This document shows positions 17,022 to 25,838 of a stretch of 37,450 bases of DNA, piece after piece. Every line of letters begins with the position of its first letter. Position 1 is the stretch's first letter. Origin of the DNA: a virus (taxonomy: Duplodnaviria > Caudoviricetes). Position numbers and translations under genes: made by a program. The DNA lies in the IMG/VR virus record IMGVR_UViG_3300042905_000504, positions 1 to 37,450 of that record; one strand, given 5' to 3'. The notes below the pieces were generated by a model. It did not search any database. It had not been told where the DNA came from and saw only the letters and a program-made list of their open reading frames with translations.

Positions 17022-18323
17022 TCAACTCCGACGAGCACGCTCTGCGGCTTTCATTTGCTCATAAAACTTGCGCTCTTTGTTTGCTTGACGAGTGGCGGTG
17101 GCTTTTTGGCTTCGCGTTAATTTTGGCGCTGTGCTTTGTCTGGATCGGCCTTGAAAAAGTGTTGCTGCAGACAGATCGCCGGTTCGCCCACGCCTTGCAA
17201 GACTGGAATAGCTGTCAGCAGCAGATCGCAGTGCATCAGCTCGATTGAATGCACGTCGGCTTCGTGGATTGCTTCGATCCGCTCCTTGCACCGCTTTTTC
17301 AGCCGCCCGAGCCCTTTTTTCGGTTTTAGATGCGCGGCTTTCAAATGCGGCTTGGCTCAGATCCACCTTGCGAATCCTTGACGCAACAGATCGGGCTCGG
17401 ACTCGTGCTGATTTTGTCGCCATCCGAGCAAAAGCCTCATCACTACGTTTTCCTTGAATATCAAGCGGAACACGCTTGGTACTTGGGACTAGGTTTATGC
17501 CTTTACCGGCAACCATTGTGCCAACTGGACGGCTGTTGAACCTATTAAGTGTCTTGCTTTGGCCAGTTCGGTTGGCTGTGGTGTTTTTGGGTGCGGCAGC
17601 GTTGGTTGTGCGGCGGCTACCTCCCAGGCGTGCCCCCTTAGAGCTCACTGGCTTGGCTGCTGCTGAAGTGGCTTGCAATCCTAAATAATTTGCCATAAAA
17701 GCCTTGTCTTGCGTATTACCTTTGTCAAAACTAACAGAATTTTTGCTTATTTTAGTGATTTTCTGTGTGCCGTACTGCCTGGTGGTTACTGTGTCTCCTA
17801 CTTTGTAACCTGCCGCATCAAATGCATTTCTACGTTCTTGTTTTTTACTTGCAGCGGTTCCCTTTACCCGTTGCGACATTTTTTCAGCATTTGCAGCCTT
17901 AGACCGCAATGCCGCTGATTGTTCTCGTAATTGTGCTGCTTGCTGTGACTTAGCAATCATGCGATCACGGGCAGCAGGTTTTACACCTTGGGTGTAAAAG
18001 GCTGCATCTTTACTTCTGTATTCACCTTCTAGTTTTTTTACTTTTGCGTCAATACGATCTGCTTGAGCATTGCGTTTTTTAGCCCCTGCTGCCAGTTGAT
18101 CTTTCCGAGATGTAGGTTTTGCCGATCCAATCTTCCCAGCCGCCGCCGGGTCGCGCTTCACCCTGCCCTTAATGGCGCCGGAGGACTTGGCTCCATCTGC
18201 CTGCATGGTCTGCGTAGCACGCTTCTTACCGCTGGCAGTCTTCAGCCGTCCGCCCCTAGCAGTAGCGCCTGCGCCCTTTGGAGCGAACCTACCTCGGTTG
18301 TCTCGTGCGTACTTGCGTGCCAT
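17022..18323 (-). CDS. Large, highly basic K/R/A-rich protein, possible DNA-condensing or core protein
   Basis: 433 aa, N-terminal RKYARDNRGRFA, few acidic residues, located between terS and terL. Confidence 0.7.
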   Translation of the reverse strand: MARKYARDNRGRFAPKGAGATARGGRLKTASGKKRATQTMQADGAKSSGAIKGRVKRDPAAAGKIGSAKPTSRKDQLAAGAKKRNAQADRIDAKVKKLEGEYRSKDAAFYTQGVKPAARDRMIAKSQQAAQLREQSAALRSKAANAEKMSQRVKGTAASKKQERRNAFDAAGYKVGDTVTTRQYGTQKITKISKNSVSFDKGNTQDKAFMANYLGLQATSAAAKPVSSKGARLGGSRRTTNAAAPKNTTANRTGQSKTLNRFNSRPVGTMVAGKGINLVPSTKRVPLDIQGKRSDEAFARMATKSARVRARSVASRIRKVDLSQAAFESRASKTEKRARAAEKAVQGADRSNPRSRRAFNRADALRSAADSYSSLARRGRTGDLSAATLFQGRSRQSTAPKLTRSQKATATRQANKERKFYEQMKAAERARRS

Positions 18324-18351
18324 AGCTAGTGCTGCGATACAGGCAGGTTAA

Positions 18352-18675
18352 CTAGCTCATCTCAAACCGCAGCAGCCGGGCTTGCTTGTCCAGTGCAATC
18401 AGCGCAGTGTTGAGCTGATCTTTGTCTGCAGCACGGCGTTCATATTCCATCGCTCGTGCAATGGCAGCCTCGAGCCACTGAGAGCGTTCCATCTTTGCAT
18501 CAGCAGACAAAAGCTCACGAGCGCGGGCAATATAAGAATCAACTTGACGATCACCTATCCCCCAATTTTCCGCGGCAAATTGAATGATTTGCTTTCTACT
18601 ATGAGCGCGCAAGAGCAAGTCATAGACAGCATTTGTGCGCTGTTCCGACTCTGTATTGTTGCACTTGCGCGCCAT
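18352..18675 (-). CDS. terS: Terminase small subunit (probable)
   Basis: N-terminal HTH (RKQIIQFAAENWGIGDRQVDSYIARA) followed by helices; upstream of terL. Confidence 0.7.
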   Translation of the reverse strand: MARKCNNTESEQRTNAVYDLLLRAHSRKQIIQFAAENWGIGDRQVDSYIARARELLSADAKMERSQWLEAAIARAMEYERRAADKDQLNTALIALDKQARLLRFEMS

Positions 18676-18680
18676 TTGTA

Positions 18681-19721
18681 TTACCCCCGGAGTTGGACTG
18701 GCATGATGAGATACGTCTGCTCTGTCATGCTAGTCGGCCTTAGCACGACCGGCGTTGTTGCACTATTGGCCGACAGTGTAACAGCTTCTGCCTGCCGCAT
18801 GGCCTTCAGACCATCAAGCAGGTAATGCACGTTGAACGCCCAGGTACCGGTTGCAGTGCCTTCGTAGGTGATCAGCTCTTTGCCGTTGTTGGCATCGGCT
18901 TCTGCTGTGATGGCAAGGGTACCAGAGGCAGCGACCAGCTTGACGAAGGAGTTGTGCGCTTCTGCGATCAGAGCAACGCGCTCCAGGCAACGGGTGAAGC
19001 GGTGCCGGTCGAGGGTGATGGTGTGTTCAAAGCTGGCGGGCACCAGCGCTGCCACGTCGGGGTATTTCCCGTCAAGGATGCGGCTGTAGATGGTGATGCC
19101 GTCGCCTGCATCGATCACAGCTTGACCGGTTGTCGCTGCCACTGTGACGGTGCGGTCTTGCAGCAGCTTCATGGTGCTGGCTGGTAGCACCAAGTCAATA
19201 CCGTCGGGCAGCGGAACGGGCACGCGCATCATGCGGTGACCGTCGGTGGCTTCCATGTAGCCGCCTGCCATGTGGATGCCTTGCAGGATCTGCTTGCTGG
19301 CGTCGGTGCTGACGGCTGCCATACAGGCGCGCACGCCAGCGGTCAGGTCCAACTCGGCGCTAGGAGCCTCCACAACGGGCAGGGCGGGGTAATCGGCTGC
19401 ATCCTGTACCGCAAGCCCGTAAGAGCCGCTGGAGGCGCTCACAGCGCCGTCTGAGAGCGTCACAGGCTCGCCATCATCCATGCGGCTCACAAGGCCCGCC
19501 AGCAGCCGATACGGCAGCACCACGGTGCCGGGTGTGTCTACTGCTGCCGGCACTGACACCGTGATGCCGAGTTCGAGGTTGAAGCCGGTGACGGTCATGG
19601 TTGCGCCACCAGCAGCGATGAGGCAGCAGCTCAGGATCGGGTGGCTGTTGCTGGTGCTGATCGCTGGGGCAATGGTGCGTAGCGCATGGCTGAGGTCGGC
19701 CTGCGTGGTGATGAGTTTCAT
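18681..19721 (-). CDS. dnaN: DNA polymerase III beta sliding clamp
   Basis: HPILSC, TGFNLELGI, ATDGHR, SRILDGKYPD, AFNVHYLLDGLK, YLIMPV. Confidence 0.93.
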   Translation of the reverse strand: MKLITTQADLSHALRTIAPAISTSNSHPILSCCLIAAGGATMTVTGFNLELGITVSVPAAVDTPGTVVLPYRLLAGLVSRMDDGEPVTLSDGAVSASSGSYGLAVQDAADYPALPVVEAPSAELDLTAGVRACMAAVSTDASKQILQGIHMAGGYMEATDGHRMMRVPVPLPDGIDLVLPASTMKLLQDRTVTVAATTGQAVIDAGDGITIYSRILDGKYPDVAALVPASFEHTITLDRHRFTRCLERVALIAEAHNSFVKLVAASGTLAITAEADANNGKELITYEGTATGTWAFNVHYLLDGLKAMRQAEAVTLSANSATTPVVLRPTSMTEQTYLIMPVQLRG

Positions 19722-19918
19722 GTGGCGGCGGTGGTGAGAATTGCAATCAACCGGTCGTAATCGGCTGCGAAGGATGCGACCAATTCAGCCGGGATTGGCT
19801 GGTGATCATCTTGGGCATTGTCGCGGATGGCAGCGGCATACGCAAGCGCGTGCTCCATAGTGTCATGGAGCCGGTTGATCACGGGCTGCTGCTTGGCTGA
19901 GATGTTGATGAGATCCAT
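19718..19918 (-). CDS. Hypothetical protein
   Basis: ATGA coupling to dnaN. Confidence 0.65.
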   Translation of the reverse strand: MDLINISAKQQPVINRLHDTMEHALAYAAAIRDNAQDDHQPIPAELVASFAADYDRLIAILTTAAT

Positions 19919-20151
19919 GTGATGACATAAGCAACAAGTTGCTCAACCATGCGGCGTGGGATGTCCCCGCGCACATTGGCAAGCGCATCAGACACTAGCC
20001 GGTGGTATGCCGCTGTGGTTAGCCCCATGTCGCAATTCGCAACAAGCGCACGGCTACGGATCAACTCCGCCCGGCTGACGCCTGCCGCTGCGGCCTGCTG
20101 GTCCAGCGCCATGAGGTCGGCAGGCTCAAAACGGACTTTGACTTCTTTCAT
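19879..20151 (-). CDS. Ribbon-helix-helix (CopG-like) DNA-binding protein
   Basis: MKEVKVRFEPADLMALDQQAAAAGVSRAELIR, taking ATG 20151 as the start. Confidence 0.75.
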   Translation of the reverse strand: MKEVKVRFEPADLMALDQQAAAAGVSRAELIRSRALVANCDMGLTTAAYHRLVSDALANVRGDIPRRMVEQLVAYVITWISSTSQPSSSP

Positions 20152-20171
20152 CCAGTCACCGTAAGGCAGTT

Positions 20172-20426
20172 CCCCACCTACCTGCAAGGTGGGACGAGGT
20201 GGGGTACCGCCAAAACCCAGTCACAGAGCGGGAGTTCCCCACGTACCCTACCTAACCCCACTTATATCAAAACAAATAAAGGAATAGAGAGACGCGTAAG
20301 GGAACGTAGGGAAATCTCAGACCGAGGTGGGACGTGGGACAGGTGGGGCACCTGCCCAACATCGCCTGCAGCGCAGCGCATCTGGGCGATTCCGAGGTGG
20401 GGTACCCGTCCCACCTAGGTGGGGTA
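20172..20426. repeat. AGGTGGG(G/A) repeat cluster around an A-rich core; probable replication origin
   Basis: About ten direct or inverted GTGGG-core copies, GAGGTGGGGTACC at 20196 and 20394, palindrome CCCACCTAGGTGGG at 20410-20423. Directly downstream of the primase-helicase. Confidence 0.7.
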
Positions 20427-22469
20427 CTACTTCCGGTAGACGTATGCCCTGCTTGACCCTTTGCCGCTGCGGTACCGCTTGTACCCAAGCCGCTTGAGCA
20501 CATCCGCAACCTGCATCTGGTCCGCCTTGGTCTGCCGTTCTACGGGCTTCTTAATGGCTTCGGTAAGCAACTTCTCAGTTGTCAAATCAATCTCACCGTG
20601 CTTACGCAACCACGCCTCAATTTCAGCCTGCCAAGGGTTATCGACCACATATGATTCATTCTCGCTACTTAGCTGCTGCTCATACTCTGCAGGAAGCCTG
20701 CTGGTCTCACCTGCACGGTATGCAGCAACAGCAGCAGACCATATTGCGTCGCGTTCCAGCAATAGCGCGGCGGTGTCAATCTGGTCTGCTTGGGTCCTAG
20801 TGGTGGGTATCACCCAGAAGCGGCGGTTACCAGTTTCATCGACCAAAAAGCCGGTGGTGCGGTTAGTTGTACCGACGATGATGCCACGCCTTGGGAATGC
20901 TTCAGTGGCCTTGCCATACGGCACGCGGAACATATCAACCGCCTGCGATAAGAAGGCTTTGACCTGACCTGCATGCTTGCGATTGGTTACATGGTCAAGT
21001 TCTGCCCACTCCATAATCCATGACCTGTGGAGCACCATCAGGTCATCTTTCGAGCTGATGTCACCCAAGGCATCACTGAAAAAGTCATGGCCAAGGCAGG
21101 CCCAGAACGATGACTTGTAGGCGCCTTGATCGCCCATGATGACGCAGGCGGAGTCATGCTTGCAGCCAGGGTTGTAGGCACGGGCGACGGCACCAATCAG
21201 CGTGCGCTTGAGCATCTCGTCATAGATGGTGCCGGGCGTGTCACCAGGCCGCAGGTAAGCGGTGGACAGCGCTTCGATGTAAGCAGGTGCCACGGTGGCG
21301 GCAACACGGTCGAGGTACTCGACAACTGGGTCATACGGCGACTCGTTGGCTACCTGCACAATGCAGTCCAGGGCTACCTCTTTGGATACCTTGTAACCCA
21401 TCTCGGCCAGGGTGAGGTAGAACCGCTCAGCGCCTTCGATTGGCGCACCGTCTACCTCAATGCGTTGGGTAAAGGTGTTGTACCGGTAAGCGCTGTCGCC
21501 GTGCCGCAGCAGGTTGAGCAACTCTGCAGCATTCATCGGCTGCAGTTGCGGGTTCACCGCTGACGGCGGCTGCTTGCTTGCAGGCCGCTCACGGCGGACC
21601 GGCTCCAGTTGCTGCCGCCCGCGCCAACCGTCTTGCTTGGCTAGCTGACCAAGGGTGCCAAGGGTGATGCCACCGCCGGACTTGAAGCCGCGCCACTTGT
21701 GTTCGCAATCACCGGGCTTGAACTTGGAGGACTGCGCAGACCATGTGATCCAATCCGCTAGCAGGGCATCATCAACGCTGTGTAGCGCCATGCCCACTTC
21801 CAGCCACTGGTCATAATCGTCAGCGCGGCTGGGCTGCAGCGCTTCGAGGTACGACCGGGCACGGGTAGCATCGTCGCTGCCAGCAGCACTCACCAACGGC
21901 AATGGCGCCTGCACCGGCTGCCGTAGCATGCGTGCTATCAGGTCTGCCGGTGCCTCGGCAATGTCCAGGTCTGCAGGCGACCGCCCTGGCACCCAGCTAT
22001 AGCCAGAGGTCAGCGGGTGGGCACCGGCAACGATGGACTGGCAGCCATCCCAGCGCAGCTCAACCTGCTCGGGCTTGCCTTCGCTGTCGGTGACGCCGGT
22101 TTTGTACTTACGGGTGCGGATGTCTGCCCAATAGTGCTCGGGCACTTGGTAGATGATCTGAAACCGCCCGTCGCGGCCACTGGTGACGGTCCACGACGGC
22201 GGCAACGAGCTGACCGGAATACCCCAGTCGTCAAAGAGCCCAGACGCGGATTTGCCATCGTGGTCCACAAACAGCAGGCCACCACTTGGCGTGCCGCAGC
22301 AGACGCCGATCGCCTTGGCGCGGCCGGACTTAAGTTCCTGGCCGAGTTTGGCGCGAGTGATGAAGTCCTTTTGCCAGTTGTCCATGTACGGACGCTTCTG
22401 GCCGTCAACTGCCACATAGGACCAGTGACGCGGCAGCGCTGCTAACTGCCCGAGTAGGTCACTGGTCAT
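20427..22469 (-). CDS. Bifunctional primase-polymerase + PriCT_2 + VirE/VapE-like helicase
   Basis: LLFVDHDG, SIVAGAHP, YDQWLEVGMALH, GDQGAYKSS Walker A, DETGNRRFW. Confidence 0.92.
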   Translation of the reverse strand: MTSDLLGQLAALPRHWSYVAVDGQKRPYMDNWQKDFITRAKLGQELKSGRAKAIGVCCGTPSGGLLFVDHDGKSASGLFDDWGIPVSSLPPSWTVTSGRDGRFQIIYQVPEHYWADIRTRKYKTGVTDSEGKPEQVELRWDGCQSIVAGAHPLTSGYSWVPGRSPADLDIAEAPADLIARMLRQPVQAPLPLVSAAGSDDATRARSYLEALQPSRADDYDQWLEVGMALHSVDDALLADWITWSAQSSKFKPGDCEHKWRGFKSGGGITLGTLGQLAKQDGWRGRQQLEPVRRERPASKQPPSAVNPQLQPMNAAELLNLLRHGDSAYRYNTFTQRIEVDGAPIEGAERFYLTLAEMGYKVSKEVALDCIVQVANESPYDPVVEYLDRVAATVAPAYIEALSTAYLRPGDTPGTIYDEMLKRTLIGAVARAYNPGCKHDSACVIMGDQGAYKSSFWACLGHDFFSDALGDISSKDDLMVLHRSWIMEWAELDHVTNRKHAGQVKAFLSQAVDMFRVPYGKATEAFPRRGIIVGTTNRTTGFLVDETGNRRFWVIPTTRTQADQIDTAALLLERDAIWSAAVAAYRAGETSRLPAEYEQQLSSENESYVVDNPWQAEIEAWLRKHGEIDLTTEKLLTEAIKKPVERQTKADQMQVADVLKRLGYKRYRSGKGSSRAYVYRK

Positions 22470-22639
22470 GGTTCACGGCGCCCGGTAGCGGGCAGCAGGG
22501 CACGGCTGTGCAGCTCCATGGACTGCTGCAGCAGCAACCTGATAGCGGTGCCACGGGACATGCGGTCACCACGCCAAGAGTCCAGCCACTGCAGGAGGTC
22601 TGGGCTGAGGCGCAGGCTAAATGGTCGGGCTAGCTGCAT
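22466..22639 (-). CDS. Ribbon-helix-helix DNA-binding protein
   Basis: MQLARPFSLRLSPDLLQWLDSWRGDRMSRGTAIRLLL; ATGA coupling to the primase. Confidence 0.7.
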   Translation of the reverse strand: MQLARPFSLRLSPDLLQWLDSWRGDRMSRGTAIRLLLQQSMELHSRALLPATGRREP

Positions 22640-22657
22640 GGGGCGCTGGCTGGGTGC

Positions 22658-22692
22658 TTGACAAGCGTAGCTCTTGCGGTTACGATGCGCAA
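22658..22692. promoter_or_regulatory. Overlapping divergent sigma70 promoters
   Basis: Plus strand TTGACA(22658)-17-TACGAT(22681). Minus strand TTGCGC(22692)-17-TACGCT(22669). Confidence 0.7.
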
Positions 22693-22709
22693 GTCCAGCA
22701 AAACTGCTT

Positions 22710-23207
22710 ATGCCTGTTCTCTTTGATTTTTCCGAATTGGATATGCAAATAATTAACAATGAAGCAATAAGACGTCAATCTGAAAATCAATCAAATATGT
22801 TAGCAGGTCGAAATGGTGGACCTAGCATTGGCAATAAAGCTCTTAATATACATGTTCTTGGCGCGGCGGGTGAGTTAGCCGTCGCTGATTATCTTGGATT
22901 ACGCAAATATCTTTATTCAGAAAAGAACCCTAAAAGAGGAAGCAGCGATCTTCCTCCAAATATAGATGTAAAAACAAGGTCTAAACATTATTATGACTTA
23001 ATTTGTCAACTAGACGAAAGCCCTTGCAAGATACTTGTATTGGTAACAGTTAAAGATAAAAGAGCTTTTATTCATGGCTGGATAACCAGCAAAAATGCAA
23101 TGAATGACAAATGGATTAATGATCCTGCCGGGGGGCGCAAAGCTTATTTTGTTCCAAAATCAGAGCTTTTTTCTATTGAATCATTGAAAGACTCAAGTTT
23201 TTTTTAA
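22710..23207 (+). CDS. Low-GC hypothetical protein, PD-(D/E)xK nuclease-like
   Basis: GAAGELAVADYLG..SDL..IDVKT pattern; markedly AT-rich. Confidence 0.6.
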   Translation: MPVLFDFSELDMQIINNEAIRRQSENQSNMLAGRNGGPSIGNKALNIHVLGAAGELAVADYLGLRKYLYSEKNPKRGSSDLPPNIDVKTRSKHYYDLICQLDESPCKILVLVTVKDKRAFIHGWITSKNAMNDKWINDPAGGRKAYFVPKSELFSIESLKDSSFF

Positions 23208-23216
23208 ATTTTCATC

Positions 23217-23630
23217 ATGAACCTCTTCGCATCAACAGAGACCATGCCTTGCCCCAAATGCGGGGCTGATAGTCCATTTAGACTTCGACCTGAACTTCAG
23301 CATTACGGTGAAATACGCTGTGCTGTTCACGGTCATGCGTGGATTGCCAAACCATCAGAACAGAAAACACTTCGACGCAAGGTCAATCCAGAACTTTTTG
23401 ATCTAGTTCCGGATCAGATGCGTGATTTTTGCTGGACATGCCTTCGTAGTCGTGAACTACTAAAGTCGCTTAGACCAGCACTGGTTTTACAAGCTCATCA
23501 CATTATCGAAGCGCAACATGGCGGCGCAGATTTGCGCGACAACATACAGATTCTTTGCACTGAATGCCATTCAGCTATTCACCGCACTCGCGAGTCATTT
23601 AATCGCTATGGAGTACATGTGAATGATTAA
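23217..23630 (+). CDS. Zn-ribbon + HNH endonuclease
   Basis: CPKC..CAVH, CWTC, LQAHHII..GG..NIQILCTECHSAIH. Confidence 0.8.
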   Translation: MNLFASTETMPCPKCGADSPFRLRPELQHYGEIRCAVHGHAWIAKPSEQKTLRRKVNPELFDLVPDQMRDFCWTCLRSRELLKSLRPALVLQAHHIIEAQHGGADLRDNIQILCTECHSAIHRTRESFNRYGVHVND

Positions 23631-24984
23631 CCTCCGCCCATACCAACAACAACTCATCACCGACATCCGCCTGCAGTACCAGCTAGGTAAGCGGACGGTG
23701 CTGGCAGTGCTACCGACCGGCGGTGGCAAGACGGTGTGCTTTAGCTACATCGCCCAAGCTGCCGCCAAAAAGGGCAACCGCGTCTGCATCCTGGTCCACC
23801 GTGCCGAGCTGCTAGACCAAGCCAGTCGCAGCCTCACCAGCATGGGCGTGACGCATGGCCGCATTGCAGCAGGCCGCAGCATGGACCTGAGCCATGCGGT
23901 GCAGGTTGCCAGCGTGCAGACCATAGCCCGCAGGCTGCACAAGCTGCCGGGGGAGTTCTTCCAGTTGTTGGTGGTTGACGAGGCGCACCACACCAATGCA
24001 GGCCAGTGGTCAACGGTGCTGCAGCATTTCCACAATGCGCATGTGCTGGGTGTGACAGCGACGCCATGTCGAGGCGACGGACGGGGGCTTGGTGACCACT
24101 ATGAGGCAATGGTGCAAGGCCCATCAGCCGCATGGCTAACCGACAACGGCTACCTCGCCAGTGCCCGTGTGCTGGCACCGCCGGGGTTTGACAGCACCGG
24201 CCTGCGCAAGAAGATGGGCGACTTTGACGCCAAGCAGGCCGAGGAGCGTGTCGGCACCATCATGGGTGACTGCTGCAGCCATTACCGCAAGCACCTAGCA
24301 GAGCAGACGGCAATCGCCTTCTGCTGCAGCGTGGCCCATGCCGAGGCGGTGGCTGCCTTGTTCGTGTCGCAAGGCATCCCAGCCGCCAGCATTGATGGCA
24401 CGATGACAACCGACCAGCGCAGGGACCTGCTGACAGCACTTGGCACTGGCCGCATTAAGGTGCTGACCAGTTGCAGCCTGATTGGTGAAGGCGTGGATGT
24501 GCCAAGCGTCGGCGGGTGCATCCTGCTGCGGCCAACGCAGAGCGTGTCACTTCACTTGCAGATGATCGGCCGTTGCCTGAGGCCAAGCCACGGCAAGACC
24601 GCCGTCGTGCTGGACCACGTCGGCAATACGCTGCGGCTTGGCCACCACCTAGAGGAGCGCGACTGGACGCTTGACGGTGCACGCAAACGCGACCGCGAGC
24701 AAGCGCCCAGCGTCAAGGTGTGCCCGGTCTGTTTTACCACCAGCATGAGCGCCACGCAGGTGTGCCCTGACTGCGGGCATGTGTTCGCACCGCAGGAGAC
24801 CCGTGAGCTAAAGGTGGTTGATGGTGAGCTGCAGGAGCTGACCACACGCGAGCGCAAACGGGAGCAAGGCAGCGCGCAGTCCCTTGAAGACCTCCGCAAG
24901 CTGGCGCAGCAACGCGGCTACAAGCGCGGCTGGGCAGAACGCGTTCACCAGGCTAGGTTGGCCAAGCGGCATGGCATGGCTTGA
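23623..24984 (+). CDS. Superfamily II DEAH helicase with C-terminal Zn ribbon
   Basis: LRPYQ, PTGGGKT, DEAHH, TATP, QMIGRCLR, CPVC..CPDC. Confidence 0.93.
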   Translation: MINLRPYQQQLITDIRLQYQLGKRTVLAVLPTGGGKTVCFSYIAQAAAKKGNRVCILVHRAELLDQASRSLTSMGVTHGRIAAGRSMDLSHAVQVASVQTIARRLHKLPGEFFQLLVVDEAHHTNAGQWSTVLQHFHNAHVLGVTATPCRGDGRGLGDHYEAMVQGPSAAWLTDNGYLASARVLAPPGFDSTGLRKKMGDFDAKQAEERVGTIMGDCCSHYRKHLAEQTAIAFCCSVAHAEAVAALFVSQGIPAASIDGTMTTDQRRDLLTALGTGRIKVLTSCSLIGEGVDVPSVGGCILLRPTQSVSLHLQMIGRCLRPSHGKTAVVLDHVGNTLRLGHHLEERDWTLDGARKRDREQAPSVKVCPVCFTTSMSATQVCPDCGHVFAPQETRELKVVDGELQELTTRERKREQGSAQSLEDLRKLAQQRGYKRGWAERVHQARLAKRHGMA

Positions 24985-25346
24985 GCGAACAACGCATCCA
25001 GCAGGAGATCCGGTTAGCGATTAGCAATGGCGACACGCGAGTCTTCCGCAATAACACCGGCACGCTTAAGGACGCCAACGGCCGCCCGGTGCAGTTTGGG
25101 CTGTGCAAAGGCAGCGCTGACCTGATCGGCTGGACAACGCGCACGGTCACTCAGGAGATGGTCGGTCAGCGCATCGCGGTGTTTACCAGCATCGAGGTCA
25201 AGACGCCAACCGGCAGGCTCAGGCCAGAGCAGCAGCAGTGGCTGGATGCCGTTCAGGCTGCAGGCGGGATCGCTGGCGTAGCGCGGTCTGTGGAGGACGC
25301 AAAGGCGCTGGTTTGCGACAAAACCTATACACCAGTACTTGGCTGA
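24981..25346 (+). CDS. VRR-NUC domain nuclease
   Basis: SEQRIQ, GSADLIG, IEVKTPTGRLRPEQQQW, GGIAGVARS. Confidence 0.88.
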   Translation: MSEQRIQQEIRLAISNGDTRVFRNNTGTLKDANGRPVQFGLCKGSADLIGWTTRTVTQEMVGQRIAVFTSIEVKTPTGRLRPEQQQWLDAVQAAGGIAGVARSVEDAKALVCDKTYTPVLG

Positions 25347-25363
25347 CTAGGTTTTGTCACAGA

Positions 25364-25395
25364 AGGGTTGACCACGGCGGCACATGGTGTAGGAT
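25364..25395 (+). promoter_or_regulatory. Sigma70 promoter
   Basis: TTGACC-16 nt-TAGGAT; shares 18 bp with the 15374-15391 element. Confidence 0.65.
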
Positions 25396-25418
25396 GTGGG
25401 GGTCCACAAATCCCACCC

Positions 25419-25598
25419 ATGACAACAACACTCGCCTTCATCGCAGCCCTGCTGCTGCTGCCCATCATCATCCTGCTATGGGCAACCGAGAGCACCGGGC
25501 AACGCGCCAAGCGGCTGCACAGTCGTGGCTGGTCGCAGCGCCGCATTGCGGAGCACATGCGCATCAGCCGCTACCGCGTCAGGCAGGCACTGGCGTAG
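25419..25598 (+). CDS. Small protein with N-terminal TM helix and HTH
   Basis: MTTTLAFIAALLLLPIIILLWA followed by GWSQRRIAEHMRISRYRVRQAL. Confidence 0.7.
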   Translation: MTTTLAFIAALLLLPIIILLWATESTGQRAKRLHSRGWSQRRIAEHMRISRYRVRQALA

Positions 25599-25649
25599 AA
25601 AAATGGGGGCAGCCACGCCCCCCTCGATCTCACCGCAACCATTTTACCC

Positions 25650-25838
25650 ATGACATCAGACGACTTCTGGACATTCCAGACCGCCAAGCAGCATGGCGGC
25701 GGCTTTATTGGCCGCCTTGCCGATGCAGGGCTGGTGGCTGATCCGGTCAACCGGCAGGCGCTGTTCCAAGCGTTCCCGCAACTGCTGCACTGCTTTGGCC
25801 CGCAGACCTTGATCCACCGCCAACTGAGGCAGAAATGA
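25650..25838 (+). CDS. Hypothetical protein
   Basis: HGGGFIGRLADAGLVADPVN..AFP motif typical of small phage proteins; ATGA coupling. Confidence 0.7.
   Translation: MTSDDFWTFQTAKQHGGGFIGRLADAGLVADPVNRQALFQAFPQLLHCFGPQTLIHRQLRQK

Noticed and set aside
20172-20426. Repeat cluster as a CRISPR array, or ORF 20267-20509 as a gene
   Set aside because: Repeats are short, irregularly spaced and in both orientations, with no cas genes. The ORF is a low-complexity read-through of the repeats.
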